DNA of 64,000 nucleotides, from the IMG/VR virus record IMGVR_UViG_3300027963_000002; one strand, 5' to 3'. A model generated the notes under the pieces. It was not told the origin of the DNA. It worked only from the letters and a program-made list of their open reading frames with translations, and did no database searches. Source of the stretch: an uncultured virus (IMG/VR IMGVR_UViG_3300027963_000002). Its lineage: Duplodnaviria; Heunggongvirae; Uroviricota; Caudoviricetes. This document shows, piece after piece, positions 11,601 through 20,951 of this stretch (its first letter is position 1; every line of letters starts with the position of its first letter). A program made the position numbers and the translations under genes.

Positions 11601-14600
11601 CTATTAAAATAAAAGAAGCACATTTAGCCAAAATTAAAGAACTTGAAAACCGAGAAAAAAACATATTAAAAGTTATTCGTGGGGTAGAAATAGACACGCT
11701 TCCTGATACTTTATCTTCACAAGTTGAACAACAAAAACAATTTATTAATGACGTTGTAAAAGCTGATGAAATAGCCAGTAATTTGCGATTTAATGCCGAG
11801 CAATTGTGGACTGCTAAAACTAAAATACAAAGAGCTTTAGCAAATGCAACAAAAAAAGAAGCGCTTATTTATGAACAAGCACTAAAACAACTTGAAGAAC
11901 AAGCTCCAGAAATAACAAAAGCAATAGATTCTTTTCATGCTAGGGCTAATGAACTTTTAAACGCTAACATAAATGTAGAAAAAGCAATACTACGTGGACT
12001 AGAAAAAAAACTAGCTGCATCGACAAAAGGTAGCCCTGCACAAATAGAAAATAGTAAACGGGCAGAAAAAATAAGAACGCAAATAGGACTTGAAGAAGTT
12101 TCTTTACGTCAACAACAAGAAAAACAAATTAAAGAAAAACGTGTAGCAGAAGAAAAACAAGCGGCTAGTTTAAAAGAAATGCCATCTACTGTTCGTGAAA
12201 CAGTTGAAACGCTTAAGAAAGTTAAAGGCAAAGCTGGAGAAGCTATTCGCCGTGAAAAAATTACACGCCGCGAAGTTCCACTTACCGCAAAAGAAAAACG
12301 TGCCAAAGTAATAGAAAACGCTAAGGCTGGCGCAGCAGAACGTAAAGCAGATAAAGAAGCTATTGCCGCACGTCTTGGTACAAATCAAATTGTTGAATCT
12401 AAAGAGCTTACCGCTGTATTAGACCGTCAAGCTGGTCGTGGTATTGAACGTATTGCTGCTCAGCCCGTTCGTACTGAACGTAAAAAGCTTTTAAAAACAG
12501 GTGTTAAAAAAGTTAATGTAACTGCGCAAGGACTTAAAGCTGCCCGTGATGTAGAGCAAGAAGCTCGTGATGCTGGTATTAGTCGTGAAGATTTTGAATT
12601 TGTTGAGCGTGGTTTAATGTTTGGGTTTAAAGCGCGTAGTGAGCCAGCTATTACCGGAACAGGTCTTACACAAGACGCAACGCAAGCTGTTGTTGACAAA
12701 GTCAAATTGCCAAAAGGTTTAAAAATAACTGTACTAAGTAAACTTACGCCTTCTTTACAAGCTGCCATTAAAAACAATGGGTATGATCCTGCCACTGTTA
12801 AAGGTGGTGTATTGCCTGACGGCTCGGTATTTATTGTGGCTGAAAACCATGCAGATGCTAAAGATGTACAACGCACAATAGCCCACGAAGTTACAGGTCA
12901 CCTTGGAGTAGAAAGTTTAATCGGCGAAGCTGGTATGGATGCGTTAGCAAAACGTGTTGCTAAGCAAGAGGGTGGTATATTAGGCTTGGCAGAAAAGCTG
13001 GGCGTTCAAGAAGAAGCCCTTGGCGCATACATGTCTGCTAAACAATCAGGTAAATCTGATGAGTTTGCTGCAGCTAAAGCTTTGCGTGAAGTTATAGCCC
13101 ATACTGAAGAAGCTCGTGTTGATAAGAATTTTTTAGGTAAAGCTAATGAGTTTATTAAAGCTTTAGTGGGTTCTATAAGAGCTGCTTTAAGAAAAATGGG
13201 ATTGGATTTAGATTTAAATACCAGCGACGTATACAAAATGTTGCGGGATGCGCGTAAAGAATTTGATACTGTAGCGCCCGGAATGTACAAAGGACGTGAT
13301 GGGGAAATTCAAGTTAGATCTGGTGGCGCTAAGTATGGCCCCGGTGGTGTAGTAGTTGCAGATGCCGCCGATAAGATTCTTACCCAAAAGCAAAAACAAA
13401 AGATTATGCCAGCTAACTTTGGCTTGTTGTTTGAACAAAGGGTTGTATCGGCTACGGCAGGATTAATGCGTGCTTTTGAAAACAAAGGCATGAAAAATTC
13501 AGTAGAAGCTTTACAGACTAAATACTATATAGCTAACCATAACCAGCGTTTTGTTTGGGCTTCTCATGCTCTTACTAATGGCGTACCAGTTCTTGAACCT
13601 GTTAAGCGTTCCGATGGCAAAACAGAATATGTATTAAAACAATCTAAAGGTGCTAGTGTCCAAGGTATTATTGATGCCTTAAGTAAAGCTAAATGGGGTA
13701 ATGCGCAGGGTGTTAATAACGTATGGAGCCTGCATAGAATTTTACTTCGTGCCAAATCTGTTGGGTTTGATAAATTAAATTTTGATAAAGCAGATGTAAC
13801 TGAAAAGCTTTTACAGGCTAATGAAGCTGTTATTAACTCAAACCCATCTTTAAAAGCCGCTATTAAAGAAGCTGACGACATATATAACCAATACAACCGT
13901 GATTTGTTAACCCGCTTTTTAGTTAGCACGGGCGCAATGAGTAAAGAATTGGCAAATAACCTTGTTAAAGGTGACGCATACATACCATATTATAGAAAAG
14001 AAACTGACGGTACTATTGTTCTTGATTTAAATGAAGGCGTTAAAAATATTCGCATTGGCAATATTAAAGACCAACCTTACTTAAAAGAACTTGTTGGTGG
14101 TAATGAACGCATTGTAGATGCTTTTACAGGTATATTGCAAAATACTAACTTGCTAATGGATATGGGTTTACGTAATTTAGCTACTCGTCAAACAGCCTTT
14201 GCGTTAGACTCTATGGGGTTACTTGAAAAAGGCAAAGATAAAGAGGGCATTGAAAAGCGCACTGGTATACGCAAAGGCCATGATATAGCTAGTGATAAAG
14301 CTATTAGGTTTTACTTAAATGGGGATCCAGTATACGCAGTAGTTGACACAGAAACTGTTGGTGTTCCGTCTGAATTAGTTGTTGAAGGTCTTGGCGGTGT
14401 AAGTACTAGCGTGCCAACTATTGTAAAAATGATGGGAATTCCAGCAAGTATTTTGCGCACATTTATTACCCGCAATCCTGTATATGCTTTGCGTCAGGCA
14501 GCTCGTGATCCTTTAAATGCTGTTATGACAAACGGTATTGAATTAAAAGCTATGGGTAACTCCTATAAGATTTTAGGTAAAGCATTAAGAGGAGATAAAG

Positions 14601-15949
14601 AAGCTACTAGCGATGTATTTAAGTATGGCATTACGGGCAGTAACGTATATACCGGAACTGTTGAAGACATGCAAAAACAAATGATGCGCATGCTTGATGG
14701 TAAAAATGGCATAGATAAGTTCTATGCTAAGCTAGATACGCTTGCGGTTAATGCAGACTCTGCTACTCGCCAAGCAGCTTTTACTAATTTCCGTAAGCAA
14801 GGTATGACGGAAATGGAAGCTATGCTAGCTACATATGAATTAATGCCATTTACCCAGCGTGGTACTTCGGCTAGTGTGTTTTGGCTTTCTACAATGGTGC
14901 CATTCTTAAATGCGCAAATACAAGGTCTAAACGTTTTATATAAAGCCATGTCAGGTAAAGCTACGTTCCAAGAAAAGCTAAAAGTTAAACAACAGTTTTA
15001 TGCTAAGGGCGCTATGATGTTTGGTATGTCAATTGCTTATGCGTTAATGATGAGTGATGATGAAGCTTACCAAAATGCTAACGATGATGAAAAATACAAC
15101 AACTGGTTTGTATACACACCATTTTCTAAAGAACCTTTTAAAGTACCAATTCCATTTGAATTAGGTATTTTGTTTAAAGCTATTCCAGAAGCTATGGTTA
15201 ACGTAGCTAAAGGTGATAGAGAAGCTAGCGAAGCGTTTAATGCAATCCGTAAACTTATTCAAAGTAATTCGCCAATTGGTTTAAGTTCTCTACCGCAAGC
15301 CGTTAAACCACTTATTGAAATTACTGCAGACTATTCGTTCTACACAGGGCGCAGTATTATTGGCGGAAGATTAAAAGGCGTTGACCCTAGCGAACGCTAT
15401 AACGCCAACACTAACGAAATTCTTAAACTTATTGGTAAAGGAACAGGTTCTATTCCTGTTTTAGGTGAGTACTTGTCACCTGTTCAACTTGAGTATTTAG
15501 TTCGTGGCTATCTTGGTAGTTTGCCATTAGCTTTGGCTTCTATTACAAATCCTGCTTTTAGTACTGGAGAAGAACCCGAAGGTCGTGGTTTAATAAGTAG
15601 TACAGCGCCAGTTATCGGATCTCTTTTCCAACCGCTTGATGCGGGCGGTATGATTAATCGTGCTTACAAAGATATGGAACGTATTCAGCGTACTCAAGCA
15701 ACATACAACAAATTAGTTGAAGATGGTAATCAAAAAGCCGCTGATAATTTATTAGATACTAGAGCAGACGAATTAAATTTAGCTCCGCTTGCTGGAAGTT
15801 TCCGTAAACGTATGGGCCAATTAGCTAAAGAAGAACGAGAAATTAAAGCGGATCCAACTTTATCAGGGCCAGAAAAACGTAAACAATTGGATGAACTTCG
15901 CCAAGATAGAATTGCTTACGCCAAAGATTTTATTAGCGAACTCGAGTAA
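8639..15949 (+). CDS. Large polyvalent (ejected) protein with zincin-like HExxxH motif and C-terminal LPD38-like domain
   Basis: 2436 aa; IAHEVTGH; VPFLNAQIQGL..EKYNNW..PIPFELG. Confidence 0.7.
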   Translation: MPYLRLPDGSYMEVPEGVSQGEALAHAREKYKELFTPAVKPDTGLTGAAKAGYQTLKGDIAALAGKTGLMDVEEAQKYQQERQAEAARVFKPTEEGWTEAPFLKARELIGGSLPYMAAPVAAGLGALALPATAPAALVTGTAMGLAGLASGAQFTGSNLSRQMEEGKQLKDTDLVAAGAAAIPQAALDVIGFRYIPGIQRIFKSAGKEISEQAAKKMLDQGIMKTAGQYIAGGAKISGIEGATEAGQQVFERLQAGLNIADKQARDEYFDSFIGGAALGAIASPFGVRGQRGQAKEVVAKAEAKRADELAAEQANKKEQTKLQKEQQATGNLFGEAAPTAKEVSPLPGAASTLTVREREAEAGNLKETQQTERSQLLKESDLYAKQIADIEKQRDAAAEKGDIKTFGALDAQARSLEAATNTINSKLKELPVNLSPEMEMAKLRGEQKNLVKQLQGMTGPSYDSKKAATITEKLSKIETQLAEVAPGAAQLDMFDPAKMQAEARETSEQQKEARAQEQTDLFAQVQGKGRKEVLDAAAIERYQKGLVDLEEAYASGADERIVNKLIDELQKAGKEKDQAVAKAGAKTGAEQEQGIAKLERIKRSINEEAAKLAGATTDEEVNAIRTNIAALQTRYGAAQTERATANPEIVESEANQEQKDAVLTAVEGARSILSGDYLNSKNVDVASSLKSGIETDIRDAGAAYIRAAIKEINAVRAINKQQPLTNDEALKAAQAIKSRFDYIAKDPTYLANREIEISRLKKQLANTPKADTKRITRLETAISGLEKDRNKNLTVFKDALEKIKVSNFKGPTKLQRTTPTLKQERDPLAMMRKEMAKTEPDPKRIAQIQKEIDAGKAEDARIEAEKAKQEQVELPGVNPDQRSLFAEKEVPALATVRATPANFMRFVNAQAGKFKVAKEAAERALKIPMQKIKQLLGKTYALHFAELEKTRLELENVRAKQIPEIYVPTENALKSYTKLFIDDRVKRSIKIKEAHLAKIKELENREKNILKVIRGVEIDTLPDTLSSQVEQQKQFINDVVKADEIASNLRFNAEQLWTAKTKIQRALANATKKEALIYEQALKQLEEQAPEITKAIDSFHARANELLNANINVEKAILRGLEKKLAASTKGSPAQIENSKRAEKIRTQIGLEEVSLRQQQEKQIKEKRVAEEKQAASLKEMPSTVRETVETLKKVKGKAGEAIRREKITRREVPLTAKEKRAKVIENAKAGAAERKADKEAIAARLGTNQIVESKELTAVLDRQAGRGIERIAAQPVRTERKKLLKTGVKKVNVTAQGLKAARDVEQEARDAGISREDFEFVERGLMFGFKARSEPAITGTGLTQDATQAVVDKVKLPKGLKITVLSKLTPSLQAAIKNNGYDPATVKGGVLPDGSVFIVAENHADAKDVQRTIAHEVTGHLGVESLIGEAGMDALAKRVAKQEGGILGLAEKLGVQEEALGAYMSAKQSGKSDEFAAAKALREVIAHTEEARVDKNFLGKANEFIKALVGSIRAALRKMGLDLDLNTSDVYKMLRDARKEFDTVAPGMYKGRDGEIQVRSGGAKYGPGGVVVADAADKILTQKQKQKIMPANFGLLFEQRVVSATAGLMRAFENKGMKNSVEALQTKYYIANHNQRFVWASHALTNGVPVLEPVKRSDGKTEYVLKQSKGASVQGIIDALSKAKWGNAQGVNNVWSLHRILLRAKSVGFDKLNFDKADVTEKLLQANEAVINSNPSLKAAIKEADDIYNQYNRDLLTRFLVSTGAMSKELANNLVKGDAYIPYYRKETDGTIVLDLNEGVKNIRIGNIKDQPYLKELVGGNERIVDAFTGILQNTNLLMDMGLRNLATRQTAFALDSMGLLEKGKDKEGIEKRTGIRKGHDIASDKAIRFYLNGDPVYAVVDTETVGVPSELVVEGLGGVSTSVPTIVKMMGIPASILRTFITRNPVYALRQAARDPLNAVMTNGIELKAMGNSYKILGKALRGDKEATSDVFKYGITGSNVYTGTVEDMQKQMMRMLDGKNGIDKFYAKLDTLAVNADSATRQAAFTNFRKQGMTEMEAMLATYELMPFTQRGTSASVFWLSTMVPFLNAQIQGLNVLYKAMSGKATFQEKLKVKQQFYAKGAMMFGMSIAYALMMSDDEAYQNANDDEKYNNWFVYTPFSKEPFKVPIPFELGILFKAIPEAMVNVAKGDREASEAFNAIRKLIQSNSPIGLSSLPQAVKPLIEITADYSFYTGRSIIGGRLKGVDPSERYNANTNEILKLIGKGTGSIPVLGEYLSPVQLEYLVRGYLGSLPLALASITNPAFSTGEEPEGRGLISSTAPVIGSLFQPLDAGGMINRAYKDMERIQRTQATYNKLVEDGNQKAADNLLDTRADELNLAPLAGSFRKRMGQLAKEEREIKADPTLSGPEKRKQLDELRQDRIAYAKDFISELE

Positions 15950-16127
15950 ACCACACGCCTAGTTTGCCGTTATTAGTGCCAAAATCTGCTTTAGCTATCA
16001 TGCCATAATGAAGCGCCGCCTTTAATCCCGCTTCTTTAGTTTCTTTTAACTTCAAAGACGGAACGAAGAACGCCCCTTGTGGGGGCGTAGTAGACCAAGG
16101 GTAATGTACCTTAATCTTCTTTGTCAT
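15933..16127 (-). CDS. Hypothetical protein
   Basis: 64-aa ORF coupled to primase gene. Confidence 0.6.
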   Translation of the reverse strand: MTKKIKVHYPWSTTPPQGAFFVPSLKLKETKEAGLKAALHYGMIAKADFGTNNGKLGVWFTRVR

Positions 16128-18972
16128 CTTCTGTTATAGGGCGGCTTATCTTCATTACGTTAACCCGCATAGTTGGCCCACGAGTTTTAGCTAGTAGGTT
16201 TGGTCGTGCGTAATTAATCTTAAAGTTAGGTAACTTCTCTAGCTGTTCTTTAAAGTCCGAATATCCGTAGCTCATCGCTACACAGTGCGCTTTAAGTAGT
16301 TGCTCTTCAATATAGTAATCCACATGTCCGGGCGTTACATTATGCTCAACCCTACCAGCTACATCTGACCTAGTTAACGACTGGTCAATTTCCCCATTAC
16401 CGCCTAGCGTCGCTTGCAGATTGCCATTGAGGGCTTTAATAACCACAAATTTACCAAAGTATTCACGAGTATAGGCATTCAATACGTCCTCTGCGGTGCG
16501 CTTACTTCCATATATAACTGAACGGGCATCGGTTACCATCATACGTAGAACATCTAATACAGGCCCGATTGGTATATCAATAATGTTAGCATACTTCTTA
16601 CCTAGCAAAATAATCGTGGCAATGATGCAACTGTTTCCAGCCGTCCAATACCGCTCCTCATCATTACTAGCAAACTCCCGATCAAGGCGCTCAGTTGTTT
16701 CTTCTAATACCTTAGCAACAGTAGCCTGATTCTTAACTACCCAACGAATAAAGTCACGCCCAGCTACACCAAAGTTTTTCTTAAGTAGCTTTAATGTGGT
16801 TCTTTCCTCAGTAGTCCAAGTAAGCTTTTTGTGCATCTGTAGTTCAAGGATACGAAACATTTCTGCCTGTGATGCGTGCTTACGTGCGCCCGATAAATAA
16901 TCCATGACGTGCGTATTTGATGAGAAAAGACACAGTAGTTTCCATGTAGTGTCGTTAACCCGTTCCTTATTGCTACCCGATTCCATGCGGTCTTTGCCTT
17001 TACCCTGCGTTAAATCTAACAGGAATTCAGGCAACCACTCAAAATCTTCTCGGCTCTTGTTTGTGGTTTCGTCAATGATGAAAGGTAGGCTATTTAATAA
17101 ACCCTGTCTTTGTTGCGATGCCACAATAGATGTGCTTTGCGTAACCCTATACCGTTCAGGATGCCCAAAGAAACTAGCCGCTAATTCCAGCGCCAAAGAT
17201 TTACCCATACCAGAATCGGATGATCCCAGATGGTATACACAGCCGTTATAGATAGTAAAGTTCATCAAAATAGAAGCTGGGCCAACTAAAGACATAGCTA
17301 AGATCTGCCACTCTTGCTTAGCTATAAGCATGTTAAATACTTTTCTCCACTCATCTACTGAACCAGTAGGTGTCGTAGCACGGTTTATGTTTTCTAACGA
17401 GGGGGTTGGTACATAAACTTCTGCGCCGTCTGAGGTAAATATGCGGCTGTTAAATACAAACGTCTTGTCTTCTTGCCAACCACAGTTACTTGGTATTTTC
17501 AACGCCCTTTTGTTGGCGCTAACAAATTCTACACACCCACGAACATACTCAAATAGGTTCTTGTCGTTGCCTGAACCGTAGGCTGCAATGATGTTTTGGT
17601 TGGCTAGCGCCTTAACCGTTTCGTCTTTACTTACTATCGACTTCTGTGGAATCAAAATATCAATAACCCCGTCAGGACGAAACGCCAACATATGTACCAT
17701 GTGGTCGCCATTGCTATTAAGGATGTCTACTGCAAACAAGTCATACGGAAGTACCATGATCTGCTTACGAGTTTTACCTTTGCCATCTTCATCGTCTAAA
17801 AGCCTGTCCATAAATACGCCACCATTAGAGCCGTAGCTAAAGCCTTTGGGTGGAATTGGGCGTGTTACGGTAATCTGTTGTGGGTCACAATCCTCGTCTG
17901 ACTTTTTCTCGACTACTATTTCCTTAGCCTCATTAGCAGTTTTGATTTCCCGCCCTAAAGCTAAGGGGTTAGTTATCTTGCCAAAATGGGGGCATTTTTC
18001 ACAAATTCCGGGGTTTGCTTCGTCTAGCTTAAGGCAACCATAAGGCCCTTTAATCTCGTTCCATTTAGTGTTATGGCGGTCAATATCGTATGGGTGTAGG
18101 GCTGATAGGGCTAAACCTTCTTCTACCCCGTCCTCGCATGATTTAGCTAGGCTGAGGATGCCACGCCACAAAGGCTCCATGCCGTCATCAGTTGCGTTAT
18201 CTTTGTAGTAGTGGATCTGCCCACAAGTTGTGATGTTTTTAAAGAAAGTAACGCTGTTTTCTATTAACTTAACGCTATTGGCATTAAGGGCTAATTGAGG
18301 GCGTTTTCCGGGCAGTTGTAGCGTAGGTAGGTTCTCGTATGCCGCACCATTCATCTTGTCCCGTAGGGCGCTTGCAACCGTCTCAAAATCAAAAGTTTTG
18401 GGGCTAGCCTCAACCATAATCTTGACCTTGCGGGGGGTCTCTTGCTTGTAGTTGCTGGTATCAGGAACTCTTAGTACACGGGCGGCATCGCCAGTAACCA
18501 TTGCATCAATCTTAAGCCCCTCTTTTTTACAGAGTCTCTTTAGGTTCTCAGCAACAGGTTTCCAAACATCAATATCTACTTCTTCCGTAAAAGGCCAGTA
18601 CACATGCAAGCCACCACCACTAGAAACAATCCAAGGCGTACCTAGTTCTGCTAAAGCAGTTGTGGACAAGAATGTATCAAGGGCAGTTGCCGCCTCACCT
18701 TTAGTTGCATAAGACTTACTATCGCCACAATCTATATCCAAGAACAAAGACTTAATCTTTAATGCATTTTCTGTCTTGCGTTCTTTTACGTCATTAAATG
18801 TAGCCAACGCATAAAACGTGTTGTAGCCCTTCTTATCAAATGCCATTGCGGCGTTATACAGTTCGTCAATCGAGCTAACGAATACATGTTCTTTTTTTGC
18901 TGTGCTTAACTCAACGGCGCAATATTTACCCGAAGACGGTAGCACAGTCGCTAGGAATTCCTGCGACTTCAT
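16111..18972 (-). CDS. Primase-helicase (AEP/RepB-like primase + DUF927/Cch-type helicase)
   Basis: LFLDID, SSGGGLHVYW, RVLRVP primase motifs; Walker A SDSGMGKS; IIDE Walker B. Confidence 0.85.
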   Translation of the reverse strand: MKSQEFLATVLPSSGKYCAVELSTAKKEHVFVSSIDELYNAAMAFDKKGYNTFYALATFNDVKERKTENALKIKSLFLDIDCGDSKSYATKGEAATALDTFLSTTALAELGTPWIVSSGGGLHVYWPFTEEVDIDVWKPVAENLKRLCKKEGLKIDAMVTGDAARVLRVPDTSNYKQETPRKVKIMVEASPKTFDFETVASALRDKMNGAAYENLPTLQLPGKRPQLALNANSVKLIENSVTFFKNITTCGQIHYYKDNATDDGMEPLWRGILSLAKSCEDGVEEGLALSALHPYDIDRHNTKWNEIKGPYGCLKLDEANPGICEKCPHFGKITNPLALGREIKTANEAKEIVVEKKSDEDCDPQQITVTRPIPPKGFSYGSNGGVFMDRLLDDEDGKGKTRKQIMVLPYDLFAVDILNSNGDHMVHMLAFRPDGVIDILIPQKSIVSKDETVKALANQNIIAAYGSGNDKNLFEYVRGCVEFVSANKRALKIPSNCGWQEDKTFVFNSRIFTSDGAEVYVPTPSLENINRATTPTGSVDEWRKVFNMLIAKQEWQILAMSLVGPASILMNFTIYNGCVYHLGSSDSGMGKSLALELAASFFGHPERYRVTQSTSIVASQQRQGLLNSLPFIIDETTNKSREDFEWLPEFLLDLTQGKGKDRMESGSNKERVNDTTWKLLCLFSSNTHVMDYLSGARKHASQAEMFRILELQMHKKLTWTTEERTTLKLLKKNFGVAGRDFIRWVVKNQATVAKVLEETTERLDREFASNDEERYWTAGNSCIIATIILLGKKYANIIDIPIGPVLDVLRMMVTDARSVIYGSKRTAEDVLNAYTREYFGKFVVIKALNGNLQATLGGNGEIDQSLTRSDVAGRVEHNVTPGHVDYYIEEQLLKAHCVAMSYGYSDFKEQLEKLPNFKINYARPNLLAKTRGPTMRVNVMKISRPITEDDKED

Positions 18973-18987
18973 GTGAGACCTTTCGAG

Positions 18988-19140
18988 TTAGTTGTTTACT
19001 TTTCTATCAAACCGTCTAATTAATTCAAGCTGAAATTCTTTAGGTAGCCCATCTTTATAAAATAATCGCTCAGCATACTTAACCAATTCTTTATCAGTAA
19101 GGGACGGTGGGTTTAAATGTGTTACTGTTTCTTCATGCAT
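18988..19140 (-). CDS. Hypothetical protein (50 aa, not in ORF track)
   Basis: MHEETVTHLNPPSLTDKELVKYAERLF...VNN* fills the gap between HTH and primase genes. Confidence 0.5.
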   Translation of the reverse strand: MHEETVTHLNPPSLTDKELVKYAERLFYKDGLPKEFQLELIRRFDRKVNN

Positions 19141-19388
19141 GTTCGAAGTGCCTCTTCTGAAGTCTGACTTGATTGTAGTATGTTCAACAAAGACATTACG
19201 CTTGTACGATATGCGGGGGTTACGTCTCTCCCACTAAACCAGTTATATACCGTCTGTCTTGTTGCGCCTGTGTAATTTGCAATCTGTATTACTGGAAAAT
19301 CTAAATGAATCGCCCAGCGTCCTAGCTGATTGCCTAACGTTTTGGGTGCGGCTTTAGTTGTGCTTTTAATTGTGTCTGAATAAGCCAT
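19122..19388 (-). CDS. HTH DNA-binding protein
   Basis: IANYTGATRQTVYNWFSG Cro/CI-type helix-turn-helix. Confidence 0.75.
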   Translation of the reverse strand: MAYSDTIKSTTKAAPKTLGNQLGRWAIHLDFPVIQIANYTGATRQTVYNWFSGRDVTPAYRTSVMSLLNILQSSQTSEEALRTCMKKQ

Positions 19389-19401
19389 ATGGAATCCGTG
19401 T

Positions 19402-19417
19402 GGGGGCCGAAGCCCCC
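19402..19417 (-). other. GC hairpin with C(UUCG)G tetraloop
   Basis: GGGGGC-TTCG-GCCCCC on - strand, no U-tract. Confidence 0.5.
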
Positions 19418-19422
19418 GTTAT

Positions 19423-19575
19423 TTAAAAACAAGTAGTATTGCAGTTATTGTACGAATCACAACAAGTAGTGCAGACAGTAAACCTATCGCCTGCTACTAC
19501 CGTTTGCGTTGTGCATGCCGCATAAACCATCGAAGTTCCCAAAAGGAACCAAAGCCCAATAAATAGTTTATTCAT
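19423..19575 (-). CDS. Small Cys-rich exported peptide (50 aa, not in ORF track)
   Basis: MNKLFIGLWFLLGTSMVYA signal-like leader + ACTTQTVVAGDRFTVCTTCCDSYNNCNTTCF. Confidence 0.6.
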   Translation of the reverse strand: MNKLFIGLWFLLGTSMVYAACTTQTVVAGDRFTVCTTCCDSYNNCNTTCF

Positions 19576-20467
19576 CATCCCACTCCGAAACAGTAGAGGC
19601 TAAGCTACTAGCTTTCTTTTCAGGAACGGCTGATGTTTTAACTGCTGGCTTACGCTTTTCAGGTTCATCAACTTCTGCATCTGCTTCCACTTCAACCGAA
19701 GCAAGTTTAGCTTTAGCTGGCTTAGCGCCTTCTAGTTTTAATGGCTTATCATTTTTTGATACCGTCATGGTAATGGCTCGCTTAGCATCGGTGGATGCGC
19801 CCTTCTCAACTGCAATAGCGTACTCGTCATCCTCTAACCAACGTACTGGTTGGAAAAACAACTTGGGTACTGCCACCTTAGTATCGAAACGCAACCGTGT
19901 TACCAAAGTCTCAGGGTTGATGTTCTGTGCCGCAAGATAGCGAGCATAGGCTTGTAATGGGCGCTTATCGCCGTCTTCCTTACCGAACAATGAAGTTGCG
20001 GCTAAATCTAGTTGCATTACATCACCACCAATATCATTAGCTAGTGTTACAGCAAGACGTTGCTTAAAGCGGCATGCTTTGCTTTCACCCTGACCTGAAC
20101 CTTTTACGTTCTGTGGGCATGTAGCACAGCTAGCCGCTTGTGGTTCTTCAACGGATGCATCAGGAGTTTCACCATCAGCAGACCAACAATCGGGGCCTTT
20201 TTGTGAACCCTCTTCGTATACACCAGCGTAGTATGTACGACTGATTTTTGGTGCGGCATTAACAATTACAACATCAAGATGACGGTCGTCGATAGACGTA
20301 ATCTCTTTACTACCTACCATCAAGCGGAATACACCGCCTTTAATAGAAATGCGCTTGCCGTCAAAACCAGTGCCTCCTCCCGAAAGGCTTTTAGCAAGAG
20401 ATGATAATTCTGCTTTCTTAGCAAAAGCAGGGGTTTGTGCGGGATTAAATTTGGCTAGTTCGCCCAT
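19568..20467 (-). CDS. Putative single-stranded DNA-binding protein
   Basis: RISIKGGVF, PDCWS, CATCPQN..GS motifs, acidic C-terminus EWDDE; replication context. Confidence 0.6.
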   Translation of the reverse strand: MGELAKFNPAQTPAFAKKAELSSLAKSLSGGGTGFDGKRISIKGGVFRLMVGSKEITSIDDRHLDVVIVNAAPKISRTYYAGVYEEGSQKGPDCWSADGETPDASVEEPQAASCATCPQNVKGSGQGESKACRFKQRLAVTLANDIGGDVMQLDLAATSLFGKEDGDKRPLQAYARYLAAQNINPETLVTRLRFDTKVAVPKLFFQPVRWLEDDEYAIAVEKGASTDAKRAITMTVSKNDKPLKLEGAKPAKAKLASVEVEADAEVDEPEKRKPAVKTSAVPEKKASSLASTVSEWDDE

Positions 20468-20480
20468 AATACTTCCTTCT

Positions 20481-20885
20481 TTATTTAGTTGGTTTGCGTA
20501 CCGTTACTGCATACTCTGACATAGAATTCAACCCCGCCGGTACGACTCCGGGATTTTCTTCCAAAAACATAGACATATTCTTTTGCGCTATGCGCTTTTC
20601 AAACAGGTCTAATGCATCGTGCTCTACTACAAAATTCTTGAATGAATCCCAATCGTTTGTGTAGTAACGCGTTTTCTGCGACAAGATAATAGTGCCTTCA
20701 TCAGTACGAACTGAATTCGTGCCAAGCAACAACATTTGATCCTTCATTGCGCTCTTTAATTCATCTTGTTGCATCTTGAGTTTTTCAATCTCGCTCTCGT
20801 ATTCTTGAGTAAGTTCTTGAACTCTACCGTATATCTTTCGATATACTCTTGCTAGTTTATCTAGCGGTATACTTTCTTCGATCAT
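20481..20885 (-). CDS. Replication-module protein, function unknown
   Basis: Coiled-coil N-terminus; DWDSF..FV..LFEKRI; PAGLN. Confidence 0.55.
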   Translation of the reverse strand: MIEESIPLDKLARVYRKIYGRVQELTQEYESEIEKLKMQQDELKSAMKDQMLLLGTNSVRTDEGTIILSQKTRYYTNDWDSFKNFVVEHDALDLFEKRIAQKNMSMFLEENPGVVPAGLNSMSEYAVTVRKPTK

Positions 20886-20905
20886 TATAATTCTCCTTGT
20901 AAAAT

Positions 20906-20934
20906 ATTATACATCTAAACCGACAGGTTTACAA
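20906..20934 (-). promoter_or_regulatory. Sigma70-like promoter
   Basis: TTGTAA-17nt-TATAAT on - strand upstream of AAGGAG RBS. Confidence 0.7.
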
Positions 20935-20951
20935 CCAACATAGGGTTTTCC

